Source: Oligoflexia bacterium (lineage in GTDB: Bacteria > Bdellovibrionota > UBA1018). From it: a stretch of 64,000 nt of DNA. Shown here in pieces: positions 9,218 to 16,604 of the stretch (within the stretch, counting starts at the first letter, position 1; each line of letters opens with the position of its first letter). The notes beneath the pieces are model-generated. The model worked only from the letters and a program-made list of their open reading frames with translations. It did not search any database and had not been told where the DNA came from. The translations under genes were made by a program, and so were the position numbers. The DNA is taken from positions 9,536-73,535 of the forward strand of contig JACMQW010000018.1 of assembly GCA_014376785.1 (NCBI GenBank). The letters run 5' to 3'.

Positions 9218-9843
9218 TTACGCCGGCAGAGTCATGATCAACGGATGCCCATCGGTAATGACCATCGTGTGTTCGTACTGTGCGGTGAGGTGACGTTTAT
9301 GCTTGGCAAGCGTCCAGCCACCGCCCGTATCGAAAACTTCTCGAGCTCCAGTGAAGAGAAAAGGTTCGATCGTGATGACCTGGTTCTTCTTCAGAACGCG
9401 TCGATCTTTCGGGTCGTAGTAACTCGGAATAAAACCAGGCGCTTCGTGCAGGGCTCTGCCCACTCCGTGGCTTCCGAGATTCTCGATCACGGTAAGCCGC
9501 TTCGGCGAGCTTCGGATTCGATGGCTCGACCGATTCCGCTGAGTAATGTTCCCGCGCGTGCTTCTTTCATCGCTAGCTTCAGCGCTCGCTGAGTCGCCAG
9601 GCAGAGGTTCTTTTTCAAATCAGATTCCGGTGGAATGACAAAAGACCCGCCGGTATCGGTAGCCGAGCGAGCCCCATAAAGTTCAAGAAACTTTTCGCCG
9701 ATCTGATCCAGCTCTCAAGTCGTCATCCCTGGTTCCAGCGATTTACCCATCAGCCGAAGGCAATTCGCAACGATGCGGCCGATTTTCTGAGGTGCGATTA
9801 AATCTTCTTCGGTCTCGATTGAAATGGAAAGACTGTAGCACAT
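9218..9843 (-). pseudogene. map: Methionine aminopeptidase type I (map) disrupted by an in-frame TGA and a frameshift
   Basis: From the ATG at 9841-9843 the gene reads MCYSLSISIETEEDLIAPQKIGRIVANCLRLMGKSLEPGMTT, then TGA at 9715-9717, then ELDQIGEKFLELYGARSATDTGGSF...ARRSG. The frame then shifts near 9491-9505 into LTVIENLGSHGVGRALHEAP...TMVITDGHPLIMT. The TGA sits where MAP has the Gly of PGVTTGELD, consistent with a GGA to TGA change. Confidence 0.7.
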
Positions 9844-9953
9844 TGCGCGAGCTGACGCTTCCCCTTCGGGCCACGACCGCGATTCGCGCGAGACCAACCA
9901 CTTTAAATCGGACACTGATTCGGACACTGATGCTTGATCGAAGTATGATCCGA

Positions 9954-10080
9954 AGATTTAAGCCCTCTAAAATTGAGCGGCGAGAGTGAGTGGGGAAGGC
10001 GCAGGATGCGCTCTTCTAAGGGCCCCGCGGCAGGATGCCGATCGAACCTCTCGCCGCTCAATTTTAGAGGGCTTAAATCT
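9954..10080. repeat. 121-bp element with perfect 33-bp terminal inverted repeats (MITE-like or long-stem RNA structure)
   Basis: Left arm 9954-9986 is AGATTTAAGCCCTCTAAAATTGAGCGGCGAGAG. Right arm 10048-10080 is its exact reverse complement. The 61-bp spacer holds two mini-palindromes, GCGCAGGATGCGC and GGCAGGATGCC. A partial extra arm copy, CGGCCGCCGCTCAAGCTC, lies at 10090-10107. Confidence 0.6.
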
Positions 10081-10185
10081 CTGTACAATCGGCCGCCGCT
10101 CAAGCTCAACCCACGGAATTGAATTTAGTTTATCAACGAATTCAATGACTTGAAATCAATTGTTAAGCTTTATTCTTTTTATTAT

Positions 10186-10208
10186 GCAAAGCGTCAAAAT
10201 CCCGATAA
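10186..10208 (+). promoter_or_regulatory. Sigma-28-like -10 element (CCGATAA) upstream of fliC copy 2; the -35 match is poor
   Basis: CCCGATAA at 10201-10208 matches 7 of 8 positions of GCCGATAA. The upstream TAAA spacing does not fit. ACTATACCC at 10293-10301 is shared with the fliC1 upstream region (6838-6846). Confidence 0.2.
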
Positions 10209-10343
10209 GGTCTATGTAAGCCAAAGGAATCGAGCAATCGAGGCCAGAGGCAAACAACTACCTTGGAGGCTGTCCCGGGTAGAACAAACATACGAACCTC
10301 GGACTATACCCACCAGTAGCACGTCCGGCCGGGAGAACGTATC

Positions 10344-11171
10344 ATGGGCTTAAGAATTTCGACCAATATTGCGGCTATGTCTGCGGCGCGAGCACTTTCC
10401 TCATCCTCAAACGAACAAGCAAAGAGTTATCAACGACTCGCTTCGGGTAACCGAATCACGTCTGCCGGCGACGACGCCGCTGGATTGTCGATCAGTGAAA
10501 AACTGAAATCACAAATCCGTTCCCTCGGACAAGCCGAAAGGAACGCGAATGACGGAGTGTCCTTCACGCAAGTCGCAGAAGGCGGCTTGAATGAAATCGG
10601 TAACATGCTCGTCCGGATCCGTGAACTCGGAATCCAAGCCGCATCCGATACGATCGGGGACACGGAACGTGGATTCGTGGATAAAGAAGTGCAGCAACTG
10701 AAGGGTGAAATTAATCGGATCGCAAACGTCACCACCTTTAACGGCACTCCGTTATTAAATGGTGAAGGCAAAAAGGATCTGAGCTTTCAGGTCGGCGCTT
10801 CCAAGGCGGACGCCATCGCGTTCAATCCAGAGAATTACAACGCGAGAACCGATAAACTGGGGATCGACGGAATCGACTACACGAGTTCGAGCGGTGCCCG
10901 AGATTCACTCGATAAAGTTGATGACGCGATTTCGAAAGTTTCTGGCTCACGGGCTGATCTCGGGGCTCAACAAAACAAGCTGCAAGCAACCATTTCGAAC
11001 TTAGCCATCCAAAAGGAGAATTATTCGGCCGCGAACAGTCGGATTCGGGATACCGATGTCGCTTCGGAATCCTCGAAACTAGTCAGCGGAAATATTCTGC
11101 AGCAAGCCGGCGTGTCCGTCTTGAGTCAGGCGAACATGGCTCCGCAGGCGGCCCTTAAGCTTCTGGGATAA
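10344..11171 (+). CDS. fliC: Flagellin (copy 2)
   Basis: MGLRISTNIAAMSAARALSSSS...GDDAAGLSISEKLKSQIRSLGQAERNANDG is the N-terminal segment and LSQANMAPQAALKLLG is the C-terminus. GGGAGAA RBS. It is paralogous to 7060-7893. Confidence 0.9.
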   Translation: MGLRISTNIAAMSAARALSSSSNEQAKSYQRLASGNRITSAGDDAAGLSISEKLKSQIRSLGQAERNANDGVSFTQVAEGGLNEIGNMLVRIRELGIQAASDTIGDTERGFVDKEVQQLKGEINRIANVTTFNGTPLLNGEGKKDLSFQVGASKADAIAFNPENYNARTDKLGIDGIDYTSSSGARDSLDKVDDAISKVSGSRADLGAQQNKLQATISNLAIQKENYSAANSRIRDTDVASESSKLVSGNILQQAGVSVLSQANMAPQAALKLLG

Positions 11172-11253
11172 ATAAAATCGCGAAGGGTATTACGAGTGTG
11201 CGCCCGAATCTCGGGGTAATAGTGCCCGCGAGGTTCACAATCTGAAAGCCCAG

Positions 11254-11291
11254 CCCCCGAAGCCAGTGCGCGGTTTCGGGGGTATTTTTGT
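11254..11291 (+). terminator. Rho-independent terminator after fliC2
   Basis: CCCCCGAA-gccagtgcgcgg-TTTCGGGGG is followed by TATTTTTGT. Confidence 0.65.
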
Positions 11292-11361
11292 GGGAACACG
11301 TCAAAAATTCCTCTAGTTTTTTCAGCCCTCCGCCGATGAGCCAGGTAGGGAGAAGTGTCAA

Positions 11362-11634
11362 ATGCAGAAGAAGAGTTCAAAGAGCGGTTCATTCATTCTC
11401 GGTTTCAGTTTCCTCTTTAGCCTCGGTTTAGCTTCCTGCGCGACTGAAGCTACAGACCTCACTGATTCTGTAGACCGTGAGCCCGCATCGATGCGCTCGG
11501 GGCGACGCTCTCAATTGAAAGACGACAAAGAAGAAAAACCAAGGGAATGCATGGTCGGGGAAACTCGGCAGGAAGACGGCGATTGCATGCGACCTTACAT
11601 GTTTGATCACCCGGCCCGTAAGGGCGGGCGTTAA
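11362..11634 (+). CDS. Small lipoprotein (hypothetical)
   Basis: MQKKSSKSGSFILGFSFLFSLGLASC carries the lipobox LASC. AGGGAGAAG RBS. 90 aa, charged mature part with two Cys. Confidence 0.45.
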   Translation: MQKKSSKSGSFILGFSFLFSLGLASCATEATDLTDSVDREPASMRSGRRSQLKDDKEEKPRECMVGETRQEDGDCMRPYMFDHPARKGGR

Positions 11635-11639
11635 TTTCT

Positions 11640-12845
11640 ATGGCCGAGCCGAAAGACAATTCGAAAAAAATTTGGTTTACGGTTGGGCTCGCAGTTAGCC
11701 TATCGGCGGCGACGTTTGCAAAACCACTCGGGAAAAGGATGGAGATGCCTTGGGGATCTCAGGAAAGTCCTGAACTCCTGTCTCCGATGAAATATTCTCT
11801 CGCAGCACTTCCTCCGGATGCGGAAGGAAATCGAAGCATCACCCACTGGGTGAAAAGAATTCCGTGGTCCGGTTCTTGGTGGCCTACATTTGCGGGCGGA
11901 ATCGCATACCGGTGGAGAAGTGGTGATAGTTGGGACTACGGTCTGGATGCAAATGCATTCAACTACCAACCCTACACGCTCGCCCAACTCGCAGCGATGA
12001 CTCCAGAAGAAATGAGTCGAAAGACTTCGCCGATCGAAAAGCTCGATATTTTAAATTTGCGGGCGGGAAATCCTTCTTCAGCCGATTATTACCGAAACCT
12101 GAAAATCCAACGCGCCTGGGCTTCAGACCGTGTTCGAGAAAATCCAGATCAGCGAGGCTTTCATGGACTTTGTAACGGACTCTCAAGCGCTTCTCTTGAT
12201 CTTCCTGAACCCAAAGCGGTGCAGAAGACAGTAAATTACACGGTGAATGGCCAAATCGTACCGATCACACTCCAGTTTGCTTCCGGTGATCTAAAAGCTC
12301 TCGCAACACATTACTACGCAATGAAAACATCGAACTACAGCGAATTTTACGTCGGCATGGCGAATTACAATTGCCAGTCTTCGGGATTTAATTGCCGCGG
12401 TTTAAATGCAGGCGCATTTCACGTCATTTTATTGAACACGGTAGGTCTCCAAGGGGATGGATTTGTGATGGACATCGAGCCGTCGAATGCGGTTTGGAAC
12501 TATGCGGTCGCGGGCTATGCCACGGCCTACAGTTCTTCTTTCCCCGTTCGTTCCGCGAACGTCGATCCGCGAGCGACCCATGAAATCGAAGTTCGGACGG
12601 ACGTGCATGTGATGGGCACGTCGAACCCGACTTTCAAACCGCAAGGTGCCCAATCGAACGCAAACATCGTCACGCATCATTACCACTACCGTCTGGAGCT
12701 CTCTGAAAATCAGGAAATTCTCGGCGGCACTTGGTTGGCGGATTCTGAGAGAATGGATACGGCTTGGAAGCTAAAGAATAAAATCTCGTTCGAAGGGGAC
12801 TATTCAGCCCTGAACGAAATTTGGCAGGCCCAACCTCGCAATTAA
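11640..12845 (+). CDS. Secreted hypothetical protein; possible Cys-His-Asp hydrolase/transglutaminase-like fold
   Basis: A signal-like N-terminus is present (KKIWFTVGLAVSLSAATFA). Conserved-looking patches are GFHGLCNGLSS, NAGAFHVILLNTVG and GDGFVMDIEP. 401 aa. Confidence 0.55.
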   Translation: MAEPKDNSKKIWFTVGLAVSLSAATFAKPLGKRMEMPWGSQESPELLSPMKYSLAALPPDAEGNRSITHWVKRIPWSGSWWPTFAGGIAYRWRSGDSWDYGLDANAFNYQPYTLAQLAAMTPEEMSRKTSPIEKLDILNLRAGNPSSADYYRNLKIQRAWASDRVRENPDQRGFHGLCNGLSSASLDLPEPKAVQKTVNYTVNGQIVPITLQFASGDLKALATHYYAMKTSNYSEFYVGMANYNCQSSGFNCRGLNAGAFHVILLNTVGLQGDGFVMDIEPSNAVWNYAVAGYATAYSSSFPVRSANVDPRATHEIEVRTDVHVMGTSNPTFKPQGAQSNANIVTHHYHYRLELSENQEILGGTWLADSERMDTAWKLKNKISFEGDYSALNEIWQAQPRN

Positions 12846-12890
12846 TGTTTTTTCACGAGAGTTCAACCGCCGGAAGCGTAGGATAGAGAG

Positions 12891-13997
12891 ATGGTGAAGC
12901 ATCCTGCCGCGATCCTGCTCGGAACGCTCCTATTTTTAGGAACCGTTTTCGCTGTGATCCGGGGGAATCTATTTCGTGGCGACGCATCAGGAAGTGGCCC
13001 CGCCCCCGCGAGCACGAACATAACGAAGTCTGCCGGAAAAGATTCTAACCATCCCGGTTCGGCTGAGCGGGTACGACGGTACTGTGCAAATCCCTACGAG
13101 GTGACTTGCGAGAATCCAACGCGGACGACGACTGATCCTACGGGGAGAGTCGATCTTCAGATTTCTGGAGAGGTTCGCGCGCTACGAGTTCTGAGAAAAA
13201 TCCTGACTTCTCACGCCGATTGGAATTCGAAACAGGTCGAAGACCAACTGGTAACGGAGATTTACACCGAGAAACGGGTAAAACGAATCGAGAGTGCTTA
13301 CCGGTGGGTGAAAGCGCAGCTCCACACGGTTATCGAGCGCCAAGATGCCTCTGTTTTTTCGGTCGAAGAGAAGCAAGCCATCCTCTCCCGTGTCGACCGT
13401 GTCGAATTGAATTTACCGCCTCCTGCTTCGAATTATGCAGATGCAGCAGATGTCTTTACGAAAAACTCTATTTATTATGAGCGGACCGAGACTGGGCAGA
13501 TGCGGCTTCGGGTGGGCGGTGCCTACCTTTTAAATATTTCTTCTTGGTATAACCTCGTCTTCTCACTTGCTCATGAATTCTCGCACGCCATTGATCCCTG
13601 CGAAATGGCTGCGGACGCCGTGGTGCCGACTGCATACCGAGAGCTCATTTCTTGTTTCGTCCGAACCGGGTGGGTCGACGGTGCCCGAAACACCTGTGGC
13701 GATAACGAGCAGGTATCCGAAGTCTTCGCCGACTGGATGGCTGCGGAAGTTGTGAGTTCTTCACTCGGCAATTCGGAAAAAGACTATTCGGGCGAGCAAC
13801 GAGTGCAGGCGGCGGTGAATTCCGTGCGAGACCTTTGTGAAGAAGCGGTGAGTTTGGACGTGCTCAGTACCCAAAATCATCAGACTCCGGCGATCCGTAT
13901 TGGAAAAATGTTCGGCAGAAATCCTCTCGTTCGAAAATCGATGGGATGCGAAAATACTCCCGCGGGCGACTATTGTGCTTTTAGTCCAAGGAAATGA
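12891..13997 (+). CDS. Secreted zinc metallopeptidase (HEXXH ... ExxAD, M13-like C-terminal arrangement)
   Basis: Signal peptide MVKHPAAILLGTLLFLGTVFAVIRG. HEFSH is an HEXXH motif, and a downstream EVFADWMA resembles the M13 ExxADxGG third-ligand motif. 368 aa. Confidence 0.6.
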   Translation: MVKHPAAILLGTLLFLGTVFAVIRGNLFRGDASGSGPAPASTNITKSAGKDSNHPGSAERVRRYCANPYEVTCENPTRTTTDPTGRVDLQISGEVRALRVLRKILTSHADWNSKQVEDQLVTEIYTEKRVKRIESAYRWVKAQLHTVIERQDASVFSVEEKQAILSRVDRVELNLPPPASNYADAADVFTKNSIYYERTETGQMRLRVGGAYLLNISSWYNLVFSLAHEFSHAIDPCEMAADAVVPTAYRELISCFVRTGWVDGARNTCGDNEQVSEVFADWMAAEVVSSSLGNSEKDYSGEQRVQAAVNSVRDLCEEAVSLDVLSTQNHQTPAIRIGKMFGRNPLVRKSMGCENTPAGDYCAFSPRK

Positions 13998-14488
13998 TCA
14001 TGAAAAAAAATGCTTCCATTCTTAATCCTCAGGTTTTTCTCCCGCTCTTATTACTCGGGTTTTTTGGATGTTCATCGACGGAAAAAAATTGGGTTCCAAG
14101 CGAGGTCTCACGAGATGACTTGCGGGAAAGCTCGGTAGAGGTTCGTTACACCCTCGCCCAAAACAACTATCGACTTCAGGTAGCGGCAGTGAATGGCGAA
14201 GTGAACGGTTATAATGGAGTGAATGAGCAACCCATCGAGCGCCAAAAAATTCGAAGCGTCTCCTATTTGAACTTTCTGAAGAAAGCATCGAGCATCCTCG
14301 ATTCTTTGAAAAAGAAGATGAAGAACGAAGAGATCAAAGATTGTAAGACACCATTCCTCCTAACTGTGCAGAGGTCCGGCGAGCCGTTGGAAAAAATAGC
14401 AGGATGCCGAAGCCATGATTCGGAAGGGCAAGTGGGTCGGCTGATTCAAGAGGGTGAATTTCTTTTCTACTCTCCGCCAACGAATTGA
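13994..14488 (+). CDS. Lipoprotein (hypothetical), translationally coupled to the metallopeptidase gene
   Basis: ATGA overlap with the upstream stop. MIMKKNASILNPQVFLPLLLLGFFGCSS carries the lipobox FFGC. 164 aa. Confidence 0.55.
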   Translation: MIMKKNASILNPQVFLPLLLLGFFGCSSTEKNWVPSEVSRDDLRESSVEVRYTLAQNNYRLQVAAVNGEVNGYNGVNEQPIERQKIRSVSYLNFLKKASSILDSLKKKMKNEEIKDCKTPFLLTVQRSGEPLEKIAGCRSHDSEGQVGRLIQEGEFLFYSPPTN

Positions 14489-14539
14489 CACTTCGGTTTT
14501 CCCGCCGGATTCCGATAAGTCATCAAAGGGAACTGGCCG

Positions 14540-14911
14540 ATGAAACTGAATATCTCCGCAGCCTCTCCAACAACTTTTGAAAGAATACGTCCCTCTGAAG
14601 CAGGAGGAGACGCACCAAAACGTGAAAGTAAGAACTCGTTTTCGTCTCAGGATGAACAAAAAGAGGCGGAAGAAACTCCCGAAGAAAAAGCGGAGCGATT
14701 AGCCGCCGCAGTTTCTGATTTCGGTTCGGCACTTCCCTCTGAAGCGTCTGATCTGAAGGCCGAAGTGCAGGGAGCAGGGCCGGGACTTCGCGTGACGTTA
14801 AAAGATGGCCGCGGGGCCCTTATTCGGCAGTTCACAGGCGAGGAATTCCTACGTCTTCGTGAAGCAGCAACCGGGACGAACCGCGGAAGCCTTCTCGACA
14901 AGAAACTTTAG
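14540..14911 (+). CDS. FlaG-like small protein
   Basis: 123 aa. The C-terminus RVTLKDGRGALIRQFTGEEFLRLREAATGTNRGSLLDKKL resembles the FlaG family end (...GEVIRQIP.EE.L......GLL.DKK.). Confidence 0.45.
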   Translation: MKLNISAASPTTFERIRPSEAGGDAPKRESKNSFSSQDEQKEAEETPEEKAERLAAAVSDFGSALPSEASDLKAEVQGAGPGLRVTLKDGRGALIRQFTGEEFLRLREAATGTNRGSLLDKKL

Positions 14912-14927
14912 TGTTACATTCGTCGAC

Positions 14928-15680
14928 ATGAAAGTCGTCGTCATTTCAGACATTCACATTCGCGACGAGCAAGATCCTCTCTACCACTTGCTTCTTAAGA
15001 TGATCTTGAAAGAAGCGAACTCGGGTGATGTACTCGTCCTTGCGGGGGATATTTTTGATTTTCTGGTGGGACGTCAGCCGACCTTGATGGCTCGTTACGA
15101 GGGTTTTTTCCGGTTGCTTCGAGAGAAGTGCGAAGCTGGTGTGAGAGTGACTTACATCGAGGGAAATCATGATTTTCACTTGGAGTCTTCCTTTAAAGAA
15201 ATCCCCGGCGTTTCCATTCAGCCAGTAGAAGCGGAATTCCAAATTGGACTGAAAAAGATCTATGTCGCCCATGGTGATTTGGTCGATCAGGAAGATCATG
15301 GTTATTTATTTTTGCGGCGGTTTTTCCGGAGCGTGTTCATCAAATGGGCGGCGTTAGTTCTTCCATCGCCTGTTGTGGAATGGATTGGAAATCGCTCTAG
15401 TCGCGCATCGAGCAACTTGAAACCTCGAATTCCGACGACGCTCTCCGAAGCACGACTAGAAAAACTTCGTTCGATCTACCGAGGTTTTGCACGGGAGAAA
15501 TTTCATGACGGATTCGATGCGGTGGTGCTGGGCCATTGTCATGACCTAGATGGAGCGAACTTTATCGAAGAGGGTCGGATGGGAAGCTACCTGAACGTGG
15601 GCTATCCACGGTCCCATCATTCTTACGTCGTTTTCGACGATGTGAACGGCCTCCACCGCCGCGCACTCCATTCCGATTGA
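14928..15680 (+). CDS. Calcineurin-like metallophosphoesterase (LpxH-like UDP-2,3-diacylglucosamine hydrolase family)
   Basis: First ATG at 14928 (MKVVVISDIHI). Motifs are DIH, LAGDIFDF, EGNHDFH and GHCHD. The longer ORF from 14805 overlaps the FlaG-like gene. Confidence 0.65.
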   Translation: MKVVVISDIHIRDEQDPLYHLLLKMILKEANSGDVLVLAGDIFDFLVGRQPTLMARYEGFFRLLREKCEAGVRVTYIEGNHDFHLESSFKEIPGVSIQPVEAEFQIGLKKIYVAHGDLVDQEDHGYLFLRRFFRSVFIKWAALVLPSPVVEWIGNRSSRASSNLKPRIPTTLSEARLEKLRSIYRGFAREKFHDGFDAVVLGHCHDLDGANFIEEGRMGSYLNVGYPRSHHSYVVFDDVNGLHRRALHSD

Positions 15681-15712
15681 TTTGGGCTGGCGGCCTCCTC
15701 ACAATCTTGGAA

Positions 15713-16587
15713 ATGATAAAATTTGGAGAGATGGGCATCTGTCTGACATTTCTGCTCTTATTTTGCTGCGCGCACGCTTCAGCGGAGGAAGGCGGGGAGT
15801 CGGCCGCATCGAGCGGTTATTCTCTCTCCCGGCCCGTGCCTAGAAAATTTTTGAGAGAACTTTCCCCCGATCGCCCGGATAAAACCGAGTCTCCCTATAC
15901 TGTCGATGCCGGCTGGTACCAAATCGAGGCAGATGGTTTTAGTTACGTGCACGACGAATCCATGGAGAACGCCCTCGTCAAAAAAAACGTCACTCTTAAA
16001 AGGACTCTCATCCTTAAAGCGGGAATAAGCTCGGCGATGGATTTAGAAATCGCGCTTATTCCCTACGTCTCTTCCCGAACTCGAGAAGGATCGGGTCCTT
16101 TCGTAAAGTCGAGCGGAGTCGGAGACACTACTTTCCGGTTAAAAGTGAACTTGTTCGGGAATGACGGCAAGGGTCTCGCTTTGGGATTGATTCCCTATTA
16201 CCAGATGCCGACGGCGAAGACAGGCCTAGGATCGGGAGCGGGTGGGGGTTGATCGTTCCCGGAGAATTGAAGCTGACTCTCGACTTCGAACAAGGTTTCG
16301 AAATCGCATTTGAAAGAGGGAAAGAAGGGGAAGAAGACCTTTACACGTCGAAATGGATCCTTTCTTCATCCTTGCACCATGACATCGTGAAGCATTTAGC
16401 GGGCTACGTGGAGCTCTTTTCCGAGCACGTTACCCACAAAGAGGAAAACCCTTGCTTAGCCACTTTTGATTTTGGTTTCGAGTTCGAGGTGAATGAAGAC
16501 CTTCGACTCGATACGAGTATGGCGGTAGGGTTAACCGAATCGGCGGATGATTTAAATCCATTTGTGGGCGTGACCTATCGATTCTAA
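15713..16587 (+). pseudogene. Outer-membrane beta-barrel protein (MetA-pathway/transporter-like family) split by a 1-nt deletion in a G-run
   Basis: Signal MIKFGEMGICLTFLLLFCCAHASA. Frame 2 ends ...KTGLGSGAGGG with TGA at 16250-16252. Frame 1 continues LIVPGELKLTLDFEQ... and ends with the C-terminal aromatic ...VGVTYRF. Restoring one G in the G5 tract at 16244-16248 gives a continuous ORF. Confidence 0.6.
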
Positions 16588-16604
16588 GTCCCTATACTTT
16601 ATGG

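Noticed and set aside
9715-9717. In-frame TGA in map as possible selenocysteine or UGA-to-Gly recoding
   Set aside because: TGA is used as an ordinary stop throughout the window (for example dedA and gpx), the position is a conserved Gly and not Cys/Sec, no SECIS-like hairpin follows, and a second lesion (frameshift) exists in the same gene.
15677-15712. TTG start at 15677 for the OMP gene (track ORF start)
   Set aside because: The ATG at 15713 gives a proper signal peptide (MIKFGEMGICLTFLLLFCCAHASA) and avoids overlap with the upstream gene. The TTG extension adds a non-signal-like leader.
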